This document shows, one piece after another, positions 40,501 to 55,500 of a DNA stretch of 64,000 nucleotides (positions within the stretch are counted from its first letter, which is position 1; the number at the start of each line of letters is the position of its first letter). The stretch spans positions 3,968,001 through 4,032,000 of the forward strand of contig OZ059899.1 of NCBI GenBank assembly GCA_964057225.1. The letters are read 5' to 3'. The position numbers and the translations under genes were made by a program. The notes below the pieces were generated by a model. It made no database searches. It saw only the letters and a list, made by a program, of their open reading frames with translations, and was not told where the DNA came from. Origin of the DNA: Auanema rhodensis. Lineage: Eukaryota; Animalia; Nematoda.

Positions 40501-43500
40501 ATCAGATTTGCGCTAGCTTAAAAATGCAACGAGATATCAACTGATATAAGTTCACACTTATATCCTCAATTTTCACCCTGAAGAATTGATTTTTTCGTTG
40601 AATAACATTGTCCATCGTCTTTGCCTTGAAAAAAGGAATCTAAAAACATCTACTTTTTGCTAAATTATTTTAAAATTTTTCGAAAAAATTTTTGTCAAAA
40701 TGTTTTTGGAAGCAATGTTGAGTGTACATGGAAACTCAACATACACTAATGCATCATTTTTCAAACGATCATAACTAATTTTTGTATTAAGCATTTCTCA
40801 ATGTAGTATAGTGCATTCGATGCGGATTTTTAAGCTGCGTCGATCTGTGTTATCAGATTTGCGCTAGCTTAAAAATGCACCAAGATATCAACTGATATAA
40901 GTTCACACTTATATCCTCGATTTTCACCCTGAAGAATTAATTTTTTCGTTGAATAACATTGTCCATCGTCTTTGCCTTGAAAAAAGGAATCTAAAAACAT
41001 CTACTTTTTGCTAAATTATTTCGAAATTTCTCGAAAAAATTTTTGTCAAAATGTTTTTGGAAGCAATGTTGAGTGTACATGGAAACTCAACATACACTAA
41101 TGCATCATTTTTCAAACGATCATAACTAATTTTTGTATTAAGCGTTTCTCAATGTAGTATAGTGCATTCGATGCGGATTTTTAAGCTGCGTCGATCTGTG
41201 TTATCAGATTTGCGCTAGCTTAAAAATGCACCGAGATATCAACTGATATAAGTTCACACTTATATCCTCGATTTTCACCCTGAAGAATTGATTTTTTCGT
41301 TGAATAACATTGTCCATCGTCTTTGCCTTGAAAAATGGAATCTAAAAACATCTACTTTTTGCTAAATTATTTTGAAATTTTTCGAAAAAAGTTTTGTCAA
41401 AATGTTTTTGGAAGCAATGTTGAGTGTACATGGAAACTCAACATACACTAATGCATCATTTTTCAAACGATCATAACTAATTTTTGTATTAAGCGTTTCT
41501 CAATGTAGTATAGTGCATTCGATGCGGATTTTTAAGCTGCGTCGATCTGTGTTATCAGATTTGCGCTAGCTTAAAAATGCACCGAGATATCAACTGATAT
41601 AAGTTCACACTTATATCCTCGATTTTCACCCTGAAGAATTGATTTTTTCGTTGAATAACATTGTCCATCGTCTTTGCCTTGAAAAATGGAATCTAAAAAC
41701 ATCTACTTTTTGCTAAATTATTTTGAAATTTTTCGAAAAAAGTTTTGTCAAAATGTTTTTGGAAGCAATGTTGAGTGTACATGGAAACTCAACATACACT
41801 AATGCATCATTTTTCAAACGATTATAACTAATTTTTGTATTAAGCGTTTCTCAATGTAGTATAGTGCATTCGATGCGGATTTTTAAGCTGCGTCGTTCTG
41901 TGTTATCAGATTTGCGCTAGCTTAAAAATGCAACGAGATATCAACTGATATAAGTTCACACTTATATCCTCAATTTTCACCCTGAAGAATTGATTTTTTC
42001 GTTGAATAACATTGTCCATCGTCTTTGCCTTGAAAAAAGGAATCTAAAAACATCTACTTTTTGCTAAATTATTTTAAAATTTTTCGAAAAAATTTTTGTC
42101 AAAATGTTTTTGGAAGCAATGTTGAGTGTACATGGAAACTCAACATACACTAATGCATCATTTTTCAAACGATCATAACTAATTTTTGTATTAAGCATTT
42201 CTCAATGTAGTATAGTGCATTCGATGCGGATTTTTAAGCTGCGTCGATCTGTGTTATCAGATTTGCGCTAGCTTAAAAATGCACCAAGATATCAACTGAT
42301 ATAAGTTCACACTTATATCCTCGATTTTCACCCTGAAGAATTAATTTTTTCGTTGAATAACATTGTCCATCGTCTTTGCCTTGAAAAAAGGAATCTAAAA
42401 ACATCTACTTTTTGCTAAATTATTTCGAAATTTCTCGAAAAAATTTTTGTCAAAATGTTTTTGGAAGCAATGTTGAGTGTACATGGAAACTCAACATACA
42501 CTAATGCATCATTTTTCAAACGATCATAACTAATTTTTGTATTAAGCGTTTCTCAATGTAGTATAGTGCATTCGATGCGGATTTTTAAGCTGCGTCGATC
42601 TGTGTTATCAGATTTGCGCTAGCTTAAAAATGCACCGAGATATCAACTGATATAAGTTCACACTTATATCCTCGATTTTCACCCTGAAGAATTGATTTTT
42701 TCGTTGAATAACATTGTCCATCGTCTTTGCCTTGAAAAATGGAATCTAAAAACATCTACTTTTTGCTAAATTATTTTGAAATTTTTCGAAAAAAGTTTTG
42801 TCAAAATGTTTTTGGAAGCAATGTTGAGTGTACATGGAAACTCAACATACACTAATGCATCATTTTTCAAACGATCATAACTAATTTTTGTATTAAGCGT
42901 TTCTCAATGTAGTATAGTGCATTCGATGCGGATTTTTAAGCTGCGTCGATCTGTGTTATCAGATTTGCGCTAGCTTAAAAATGCACCGAGATATCAACTG
43001 ATATAAGTTCACACTTATATCCTCGATTTTCACCCTGAAGAATTAATTTTTTCGTTGAATAACATTGTCCATCGTCTTTGCCTTGAAAAAAGGAATCTAA
43101 AAACATCTACTTTTTGCTAAATTTTTTTGAAATTTCTCGAAAAAATTTTTGTCAAAATGTTTTTGGAAGCAATGTTGAGTGTACATGGAAACTCAACATA
43201 CACTAATGCATCATTTTTCAAACGATCATAACTAATTTTTGTATTAAGCGTTTCTCAATGTAGTATAGTGCATTCGATGCGGATTTTTAAGCTGCGTCGA
43301 TCTGTGTTATCAGATTTGCGCTAGCTTAAAAATGCACCGAGATATCAACTGATATAAGTTCACACTTATATCCTCGATTTTCACCCTGAAGAATTAATTT
43401 TTTCGTTGAATAACATTGTCCATCGTCTTTGCCTTGAAAAATGGAATCTAAAAACATCTACTTTTTGCTAAATTATTTTGAAATTTTTCGAAAAAATTTT

Positions 43501-46500
43501 TGTCAAAATGTTTTTGGAAGCAATGTTGAGTGTACATGGAAACTCAACATACACTAATGCATCATTTTTCAAACGATCATAACTAATTTTTGTATTAAGC
43601 GTTTCTCAATGTAGTATAGTGCATTCGATGCGGATTTTTAAGCTGCGTCGATCTGTGTTATCAGATTTGCGCTAGCTTAAAAATGCACCGAGATATCAAC
43701 TGATATAAGTTCACACTTATATCCTCGATTTTCACCCTGAAGAATTAATTTTTTCGTTGAATAACATTGTCCATCGTCTTCGCCTTGAAAAAAGGAATCT
43801 AAAAACATCTACTTTTTGCTAAATTATTTCGAAATTTCTCGAAAAAATTTTTGTCAAAATGTTTTTGGAAGCAATGTTGAGTGTACATGGAAACTCAACA
43901 TACACTAATGCATCATTTTTCAAACGATCATAACTAATTTTTGTATTAAGCGTTTCTCAATGTAGTATAGTGCATTCGATGCGGATTTTTAAGCTGCGTC
44001 GATCTGTGTTATCAGATTTGCGCTAGCTTAAAAATGCACCGAGATATCAACTGATATAAGTTCACACTTATATCCTCGATTTTCACCCTGGAGAATTGAT
44101 TTTTTCGTTGAATAACATTGTCCATCGTCTTTGCCTTGAAAAATGGAATCTAAAAACATCTACTTTTTGCTAAATTATTTTGAAATTTTTCGAAAAAAGT
44201 TTTGTCAAAATGTTTTTGGAAGCAATGTTGAGTGTACATGGAAACTCAACATACACTAATGCATCATTTTTCAAACGATTATAACTAATTTTTGTATTAA
44301 GCGTTTCTCAATGTAGTATAGTGCATTCGATGCGGATTTTTAAGCTGCGTCGTTCTGTGTTATCAGATTTGCGCTAGCTTAAAAATGCAACGAGATATCA
44401 ACTGATATAAGTTCACACTTATATCCTCAATTTTCACCCTGAAGAATTGATTTTTTCGTTGAATAACATTGTCCATCGTCTTTGCCTTGAAAAAAGGAAT
44501 CTAAAAACATCTACTTTTTGCTAAATTATTTTAAAATTTTTCGAAAAAATTTTTGTCAAAATGTTTTTGGAAGCAATGTTGAGTGTACATGGAAACTCAA
44601 CATACACTAATGCATCATTTTTCAAACGATCATAACTAATTTTTGTATTAAGCATTTCTCAATGTAGTATAGTGCATTCGATGCGGATTTTTAAGCTGCG
44701 TCGATCTGTGTTATCAGATTTGCGCTAGCTTAAAAATGCACCAAGATATCAACTGATATAAGTTCACACTTATATCCTCGATTTTCACCCTGAAGAATTA
44801 ATTTTTTCGTTGAATAACATTGTCCATCGTCTTTGCCTTGAAAAAAGGAATCTAAAAACATCTACTTTTTGCTAAATTATTTCGAAATTTCTCGAAAAAA
44901 TTTTTGTCAAAATGTTTTTGGAAGCAATGTTGAGTGTACATGGAAACTCAACATACACTAATGCATCATTTTTCAAACGATCATAACTAATTTTTGTATT
45001 AAGCGTTTCTCAATGTAGTATAGTGCATTCGATGCGGATTTTTAAGCTGCGTCGATCTGTGTTATCAGATTTGCGCTAGCTTAAAAATGCACCGAGATAT
45101 CAACTGATATAAGTTCACACTTATATCCTCGATTTTCACCCTGAAGAATTGATTTTTTCGTTGAATAACATTGTCCATCGTCTTTGCCTTGAGAAATGGA
45201 ATCTAAAAACATCTACTTTTTGCTAAATTATTTTGAAATTTTTCGAAAAAAGTTTTGTCAAAATGTTTTTGGAAGCAATGTTGAGTGTACATGGAAACTC
45301 AACATACACTAATGCATCATTTTTCAAACGATCATAACTAATTTTTGTATTAAGCGTTTCTCAATGTAGTATAGTGCATTCGATGCGGATTTTTAAGCTG
45401 CGTCGTTCTGTGTTATCAGATTTGCGCTAGCTTAAAAATGCAACGAGATATCAACTGATATAAGTTCACACTTATATCCTCGATTTTCACCCTGAAGAAT
45501 TGATTTTTTCGTTGAATAACATTGTCCATCGTCTTTGCCTTGAGAAATGGAATCTAAAAACATCTACTTTTTGCTAAATTATTTTGAAATTTTTCGAAAA
45601 AAGTTTTGTCAAAATGTTTTTGGAAGCAATGTTGAGTGTACATGGAAACTCAACATACACTAATGCATCATTTTTCAAACGATCATAACTAATTTTTGTA
45701 TTAAGCGTTTCTCAATGTAGTATAGTGCATTCGATGCGGATTTTTAAGCTGCGTCGTTCTGTGTTATCAGATTTGCGCTAGCTTAAAAATGCAACGAGAT
45801 ATCAACTGATATAAGTTCACACTTATATCCTCGATTTTCACCCTGAAGAATTAATTTTTTCGTTGAATAACATTGTCCATCGTCTTTGCCTTGAAAAAAG
45901 GAATCTAAAAACATCTACTTTTTGCTAAATTATTTCGAAATTTCTCGAAAAAATTTTTGTCAAAATGTTTTTGGAAGCAATGTTGAGTGTACATGGAAAC
46001 TCAACATACACTAATGCATCATTTTTCAAACGATTATAACTAATTTTTGTATTAAGCGTTTCTCAATGTAGTATAGTGCATTCGATGCGGATTTTTAAGC
46101 TGCGTCGTTCTGTGTTATCAGATTTGCGCTAGCTTAAAAATGCAACGAGATATCAACTGATATAAGTTCACACTTATATCCTCAATTTTCACCCTGAAGA
46201 ATTGATTTTTTCGTTGAATAACATTGTCCATCGTCTTTGCCTTGAAAAAAGGAATCTAAAAACATCTACTTTTTGCTAAATTATTTTAAAATTTTTCGAA
46301 AAAATTTTTGTCAAAATGTTTTTGGAAGCAATGTTGAGTGTACATGGAAACTCAACATACACTAATGCATCATTTTTCAAACGATCATAACTAATTTTTG
46401 TATTAAGCATTTCTCAATGTAGTATAGTGCATTCGATGCGGATTTTTAAGCTGCGTCGATCTGTGTTATCAGATTTGCGCTAGCTTAAAAATGCACCAAG

Positions 46501-49500
46501 ATATCAACTGATATAAGTTCACACTTATATCCTCGATTTTCACCCTGAAGAATTAATTTTTTCGTTGAATAACATTGTCCATCGTCTTTGCCTTGAAAAA
46601 AGGAATCTAAAAACATCTACTTTTTGCTAAATTATTTCGAAATTTCTCGAAAAAATTTTTGTCAAAATGTTTTTGGAAGCAATGTTGAGTGTACATGGAA
46701 ACTCAACATACACTAATGCATCATTTTTCAAACGATCATAACTAATTTTTGTATTAAGCGTTTCTCAATGTAGTATAGTGCATTCGATGCGGATTTTTAA
46801 GCTGCGTCGATCTGTGTTATCAGATTTGCGCTAGCTTAAAAATGCACCGAGATATCAACTGATATAAGTTCACACTTATATCCTCGATTTTCACCCTGAA
46901 GAATTGATTTTTTCGTTGAATAACATTGTCCATCGTCTTTGCCTTGAGAAATGGAATCTAAAAACATCTACTTTTTGCTAAATTATTTTGAAATTTTTCG
47001 AAAAAAGTTTTGTCAAAATGTTTTTGGAAGCAATGTTGAGTGTACATGGAAACTCAACATACACTAATGCATCATTTTTCAAACGATCATAACTAATTTT
47101 TGTATTAAGCGTTTCTCAATGTAGTATAGTGCATTCGATGCGGATTTTTAAGCTGCGTCGTTCTGTGTTATCAGATTTGCGCTAGCTTAAAAATGCAACG
47201 AGATATCAACTGATATAAGTTCACACTTATATCCTCGATTTTCACCCTGAAGAATTAATTTTTTCGTTGAATAACATTGTCCATCGTCTTTGCCTTGAAA
47301 AAAGGAATCTAAAAACATCTACTTTTTGCTAAATTATTTTAAAATTTTTCGAAAAAATTTTTGTCAAAATGTTTTTGGAAGCAATGTTGAGTGTACATGG
47401 AAACTCAACATACACTAATGCATCATTTTTCAAACGATCATAACTAATTTTTGTATTAAGCATTTCTCAATGTAGTATAGTGCATTCGATGCGGATTTTT
47501 AAGCTGCGTCGATCTGTGTTATCAGATTTGCGCTAGCTTAAAAATGCACCAAGATATCAACTGATATAAGTTCACACTTATATCCTCGATTTTCACCCTG
47601 AAGAATTAATTTTTTCGTTGAATAACATTGTCCATCGTCTTTGCCTTGAAAAAAGGAATCTAAAAACATCTACTTTTTGCTAAATTATTCCGAAATTTCT
47701 CGAAAAAATTTTTGTCAAAATGTTTTTGGAAGCAATGTTGAGTGTACATGGAAACTCAACATACACTAATGCATCATTTTTCAAACGATCATAACTAATT
47801 TTTGTATTAAGCGTTTCTCAATGTAGTATAGTGCATTCGATGCGGATTTTTAAGCTGCGTCGATCTGTGTTATCAGATTTGCGCTAGCTTAAAAATGCAC
47901 CGAGATATCAACTGATATAAGTTCACACTTATATCCTCGATTTTCACCCTGAAGAATTGATTTTTTCGTTGAATAACATTGTCCATCGTCTTTGCCTTGA
48001 AAAATGGAATCTAAAAACATCTACTTTTTGCTAAATTATTTTGAAATTTTTCGAAAAAAGTTTTGTCAAAATGTTTTTGGAAGCAATGTTGAGTGTACAT
48101 GGAAACTCAACATACACTAATGCATCATTTTTCAAACGATCATAACTAATTTTTGTATTAAGCGTTTCTCAATGTAGTATAGTGCATTCGATGCGGATTT
48201 TTAAGCTGCGTCGTTCTGTGTTATCAGATTTGCGCTAGCTTAAAAATGCAACGAGATATCAACTGATATAAGTTCACACTTATATCCTCGATTTTCACCC
48301 TGAAGAATTAATTTTTTCGTTGAATTACATTGTCCATCGTCTTTGCCTTGAAAAAAGAAATCTAAAAACATCTACTTTTTGCTAAATTATTTTAAAATTT
48401 TTCGAAAAAATTTTTGTCAAAATGTTTTTGGAAGCAATGTTGAGTGTACATGGAAACTCAACATACACTAATGCATCATTTTTCAAACGATCATAACTAA
48501 TTTTTGTATTAAGCATTTCTCAATGTAGTATAGTGCATTCGATGCGGATTTTTAAGCTGCGTCGATCTGTGTTATCAGATTTGCGCTAGCTTAAAAATGC
48601 ACCAAGATATCAACTGATATAAGTTCACACTTATATCCTCGATTTTCACCCTGAAGAATTAATTTTTTCGTTGAATAACATTGTCCATCGTCTTTGCCTT
48701 GAAAAAAGGAATCTAAAAACATCTACTTTTTGCTAAATTATTTCGAAATTTCTCGAAAAAATTTTTGTCAAAATGTTTTTGGAAGCAATGTTGAGTGTAC
48801 ATGGAAACTCAACATACACTAATGCATCATTTTTCAAACGATCATAACTAATTTTTGTATTAAGCGTTTCTCAATGTAGTATAGTGCATTCGATGCGGAT
48901 TTTTAAGCTGCGTCGTTCTGTGTTATCAGATTTGCGCTAGCTTAAAAATGCAACGAGATATCAACTGATATAAGTTCACACTTATATCCTCGATTTTCAC
49001 CCTGAAGAATTAATTTTTTCGTTGAATTACATTGTCCATCGTCTTTGCCTTGAAAAAAGAAATCTAAAAACATCTACTTTTTGCTAAATTATTTTAAAAT
49101 TTTTCGAAAAAATTTTTGTCAAAATGTTTTTGGAAGCAATGTTGAGTGTACATGGAAACTCAACATACACTAATGCATCATTTTTCAAACGATCATAACT
49201 AATTTTTGTATTAAGCATTTCTCAATGTAGTATAGTGCATTCGATGCGGATTTTTAAGCTGCGTCGATCTGTGTTATCAGATTTGCGCTAGCTTAAAAAT
49301 GCACCAAGATATCAACTGATATAAGTTCACACTTATATCCTCGATTTTCACCCTGAAGAATTAATTTTTTCGTTGAATAACATTGTCCATCGTCTTTGCC
49401 TTGAAAAAAGGAATCTAAAAACATCTACTTTTTGCTAAATTATTCCGAAATTTCTCGAAAAAATTTTTGTCAAAATGTTTTTGGAAGCAATGTTGAGTGT

Positions 49501-52500
49501 ACATGGAAACTCAACATACACTAATGCATCATTTTTCAAACGATCATAACTAATTTTTGTATTAAGCGTTTCTCAATGTAGTATAGTGCATTCGATGCGG
49601 ATTTTTAAGCTGCGTCGATCTGTGTTATCAGATTTGCGCTAGCTTAAAAATGCACCGAGATATCAACTGATATAAGTTCACACTTATATCCTCGATTTTC
49701 ACCCTGAAGAATTGATTTTTTCGTTGAATAACATTGTCCATCGTCTTTGCCTTGAAAAATGGAATCTAAAAACATCTACTTTTTGCTAAATTATTTTGAA
49801 ATTTTTCGAAAAAAGTTTTGTCAAAATGTTTTTGGAAGCAATGTTGAGTGTACATGGAAACTCAACATACACTAATGCATCATTTTTCAAACGATTATAA
49901 CTAATTTTTGTATTAGGCGTTTCTCAATGTAGTATAGTGCATTCGATGCGGATTTTTAAGCTGCGTCGTTCTGTGTTATCAGATTTGCGCTAGCTTAAAA
50001 ATGCAACGAGATATCAACTGATATAAGTTCACACTTATATCCTCGATTTTCACCCTGAAGAATTGATTTTTTCGTTGAATAACATTGTCCATCGTCTTTG
50101 CCTTGAAAAAAGGAATCTAAAAACATCTACTTTTTGCTAAATTATTTTAAAATTTTTCGAAAAAATTTTTGTCAAAATGTTTTTGGAAGCAATGTTGAGT
50201 GTACATGGAAACTCAACATACACTAATGCATCATTTTTCAAACGATCATAACTAATTTTTGTATTAAGCATTTCTCAATGTAGTATAGTGCATTCGATGC
50301 GGATTTTTAAGCTGCGTCGATCTGTGTTATCAGATTTGCGCTAGCTTAAAAATGCACCAAGATATCAACTGATATAAGTTCACACTTATATCCTCGATTT
50401 TCACCCTGAAGAATTAATTTTTTCGTTGAATAACATTGTCCATCGTCTTTGCCTTGAAAAAAGGAATCTAAAAACATCTACTTTTTGCTAAATTATTTCG
50501 AAATTTCTCGAAAAAATTTTTGTCAAAATGTTTTTGGAAGCAATGTTGAGTGTACATGGAAACTCAACATACACTAATGCATCATTTTTCAAACGATCAT
50601 AACTAATTTTTGTATTAAGCGTTTCTCAATGTAGTATAGTGCATTCGATGCGGATTTTTAAGCTGCGTCGATCTGTGTTATCAGATTTGCGCTAGCTTAA
50701 AAATGCACCGAGATATCAACTGATATAAGTTCACACTTATATCCTCGATTTTCACCCTGAAGAATTGATTTTTTCGTTGAATAACATTGTCCATCGTCTT
50801 TGCCTTGAAAAAAGGAATCTAAAAACATCTACTTTTTGCTAAATTATTTTAAAATTTTTCGAAAAAATTTTTGTCAAAATGTTTTTGGAAGCAATGTTGA
50901 GTGTACATGGAAACTCAACATACACTAATGCATCATTTTTCAAACGATCATAACTAATTTTTGTATTAAGCATTTCTCAATGTAGTATAGTGCATTCGAT
51001 GCGGATTTTTAAGCTGCGTCGATCTGTGTTATCAGATTTGCGCTAGCTTAAAAATGCACCAAGATATCAACTGATATAAGTTCACACTTATATCCTCGAT
51101 TTTCACCCTGAAGAATTAATTTTTTCGTTGAATAACATTGTCCATCGTCTTTGCCTTGAAAAAAGGAATCTAAAAACATCTACTTTTTGCTAAATTATTT
51201 CGAAATTTCTCGAAAAAATTTTTGTCAAAATGTTTTTGGAAGCAATGTTGAGTGTACATGGAAACTCAACATACACTAATGCATCATTTTTCAAACGATC
51301 ATAACTAATTTTTGTATTAAGCGTTTCTCAATGTAGTATAGTGCATTCGATGCGGATTTTTAAGCTGCGTCGATCTGTGTTATCAGATTTGCGCTAGCTT
51401 AAAAATGCACCGAGATATCAACTGATATAAGTTCACACTTATATCCTCGATTTTCACCCTGAAGAATTGATTTTTTCGTTGAATAACATTGTCCATCGTC
51501 TTTGCCTTGAAAAATGGAATCTAAAAACATCTACTTTTTGCTAAATTATTTTGAAATTTTTCGAAAAAAGTTTTGTCAAAATGTTTTTGGAAGCAATGTT
51601 GAGTGTACATGGAAACTCAACATACACTAATGCATCATTTTTCAAACGATCATAACTAATTTTTGTATTAAGCGTTTCTCAATGTAGTTTAGTGCATTCG
51701 ATGCGGATTTTTAAGCTGCGTCGTTCTGTGTTATCAGATTTGCGCTAGCTTAAAAATGCAACGAGATATCAACTGATATAAGTTCACACTTATATCCTCG
51801 ATTTTCACCCTGAAGAATTGATTTTTTCGTTGAATAACATTGTCCATCGTCTTTGCCTTGAAAAATGGAATCTAAAAACATCTACTTTTTGCTAAATTAT
51901 TTTGAAATTTTTCGAAAAAAGTTTTGTCAAAATGTTTTTGGAAGCAATGTTGAGTGTACATGGAAACTCAACATACACTAATGCATCATTTTTCAAACGA
52001 TCATAACTAATTTTTGTATTAAGCGTTTCTCAATGTAGTATAGTGCATTCGATGCGGATTTTTAAGCTGCGTCGTTCTGTGTTATCAGATTTGCGCTAGC
52101 TTAAAAATGCAACGAGATATCAACTGATATAAGTTCACACTTATATCCTCGATTTTCACCCTGAAGAATTAATTTTTTCGTTGAATAACATTGTCCATCG
52201 TCTTTGCCTTGAAAAAAGGAATCTAAAAACATCTACTTTTTGCTAAATTATTTTAAAATTTTTCGAAAAAATTTTTGTCAAAATGTTTTTGGAAGCAATG
52301 TTGAGTGTACATGGAAACTCAACATACACTAATGCATCATTTTTCAAACGATCATAACTAATTTTTGTATTAAGCATTTCTCAATGTAGTATAGTGCATT
52401 CGATGCGGATTTTTAAGCTGCGTCGATCTGTGTTATCAGATTTGCGCTAGCTTAAAAATGCACCAAGATATCAACTGATATAAGTTCACACTTATATCCT

Positions 52501-55500
52501 CGATTTTCACCCTGAAGAATTAATTTTTTCGTTGAATAACATTGTCCATCGTCTTTGCCTTGAAAAAAGGAATCTAAAAACATCTACTTTTTGCTAAATT
52601 ATTTCGAAATTTCTCGAAAAAATTTTTGTCAAAATGTTTTTGGAAGCAATGTTGAGTGTACATGGAAACTCAACATACACTAATGCATCATTTTTCAAAC
52701 GATCATAACTAATTTTTGTATTAAGCGTTTCTCAATGTAGTATAGTGCATTCGATGCGGATTTTTAAGCTGCGTCGATCTGTGTTATCAGATTTGCGCTA
52801 GCTTAAAAATGCACCGAGATATCAACTGATATAAGTTCACACTTATATCCTCGATTTTCACCCTGAAGAATTGATTTTTTCGTTGAATAACATTGTCCAT
52901 CGTCTTTGCCTTGAAAAATGGAATCTAAAAACATCTACTTTTTGCTAAATTATTTTGAAATTTTTCGAAAAAAGTTTTGTCAAAATGTTTTTGGAAGCAA
53001 TGTTGAGTGTACATGGAAACTCAACATACACTAATGCATCATTTTTCAAACGATTATAACTAATTTTTGTATTAGGCGTTTCTCAATGTAGTATAGTGCA
53101 TTCGATGCGGATTTTTAAGCTGCGTCGTTCTGTGTTATCAGATTTGCGCTAGCTTAAAAATGCAACGAGATATCAACTGATATAAGTTCACACTTATATC
53201 CTCGATTTTCACCCTGAAGAATTGATTTTTTCGTTGAATAACATTGTCCATCGTCTTTGCCTTGAAAAAAGGAATCTAAAAACATCTACTTTTTGCTAAA
53301 TTATTTTAAAATTTTTCGAAAAAATTTTTGTCAAAATGTTTTTGGAAGCAATGTTGAGTGTACATGGAAACTCAACATACACTAATGCATCATTTTTCAA
53401 ACGATCATAACTAATTTTTGTATTAAGCATTTCTCAATGTAGTATAGTGCATTCGATGCGGATTTTTAAGCTGCGTCGATCTGTGTTATCAGATTTGCGC
53501 TAGCTTAAAAATGCACCAAGATATCAACTGATATAAGTTCACACTTATATCCTCGATTTTCACCCTGAAGAATTAATTTTTTCGTTGAATAACATTGTCC
53601 ATCGTCTTTGCCTTGAAAAAAGGAATCTAAAAACATCTACTTTTTGCTAAATTATTTTGAAATTTTTCGAAAAAAGTTTTGTCAAAATGTTTTTGGAAGC
53701 AATGTTGAGTGTACATGGAAACTCAACATACACTAATGCATCATTTTTCAAACGATCATAACTAATTTTTGTATTAAGCGTTTCTCAATGTAGTTTAGTG
53801 CATTCGATGCGGATTTTTAAGCTGCGTCGTTCTGTGTTATCAGATTTGCGCTAGCTTAAAAATGCAACGAGATATCAACTGATATAAGTTCACACTTATA
53901 TCCTCGATTTTCACCCTGAAGAATTGATTTTTTCGTTGAATAACATTGTCCATCGTCTTTGCCTTGAAAAATGGAATCTAAAAACATCTACTTTTTGCTA
54001 AATTATTTTGAAATTTTTCGAAAAAAGTTTTGTCAAAATGTTTTTGGAAGCAATGTTGAGTGTACATGGAAACTCAACATACACTAATGCATCATTTTTC
54101 AAACGATCATAACTAATTTTTGTATTAAGCGTTTCTCAATGTAGTATAGTGCATTCGATGCGGATTTTTAAGCTGCGTCGTTCTGTGTTATCAGATTTGC
54201 GCTAGCTTAAAAATGCAACGAGATATCAACTGATATAAGTTCACACTTATATCCTCGATTTTCACCCTGAAGAATTAATTTTTTCGTTGAATAACATTGT
54301 CCATCGTCTTTGCCTTGAAAAAAGGAATCTAAAAACATCTACTTTTTGCTAAATTATTTTAAAATTTTTCGAAAAAATTTTTGTCAAAATGTTTTTGGAA
54401 GCAATGTTGAGTGTACATGGAAACTCAACATACACTAATGCATCATTTTTCAAACGATCATAACTAATTTTTGTATTAAGCATTTCTCAATGTAGTATAG
54501 TGCATTCGATGCGGATTTTTAAGCTGCGTCGATCTGTGTTATCAGATTTGCGCTAGCTTAAAAATGCACCAAGATATCAACTGATATAAGTTCACACTTA
54601 TATCCTCGATTTTCACCCTGAAGAATTAATTTTTTCGTTGAATAACATTGTCCATCGTCTTTGCCTTGAAAAAAGGAATCTAAAAACATCTACTTTTTGC
54701 TAAATTATTCCGAAATTTCTCGAAAAAATTTTTGTCAAAATGTTTTTGGAAGCAATGTTGAGTGTACATGGAAACTCAACATACACTAATGCATCATTTT
54801 TCAAACGATCATAACTAATTTTTGTATTAAGCGTTTCTCAATGTAGTATAGTGCATTCGATGCGGATTTTTAAGCTGCGTCGATCTGTGTTATCAGATTT
54901 GCGCTAGCTTAAAAATGCACCAAGATATCAACTGATATAAGTTCACACTTATATCCTCGATTTTCACCCTGAAGAATTAATTTTTTCGTTGAATAACATT
55001 GTCCATCGTCTTTGCCTTGAAAAAAGGAATCTAAAAACATCTACTTTTTGCTAAATTATTCCGAAATTTCTCGAAAAAATTTTTGTCAAAATGTTTTTGG
55101 AAGCAATGTTGAGTGTACATGGAAACTCAACATACACTAATGCATCATTTTTCAAACGATCATAACTAATTTTTGTATTAAGCGTTTCTCAATGTAGTAT
55201 AGTGCATTCGATGCGGATTTTTAAGCTGCGTCGTTCTGTGTTATCAGATTTGCGCTAGCTTAAAAATGCAACGAGATATCAACTGATATAAGTTCACACT
55301 TATATCCTCGATTTTCACCCTGAAGAATTAATTTTTTCGTTGAATAACATTGTCCATCGTCTTTGCCTTGAAAAAAGGAATCTAAAAACATCTACTTTTT
55401 GCTAAATTATTTTAAAATTTTTCGAAAAACTTTTTGTCAAAATGTTTTTGGAAGCAATGTTGAGTGTACATGGAAACTCAACATACACTAATGCATCATT

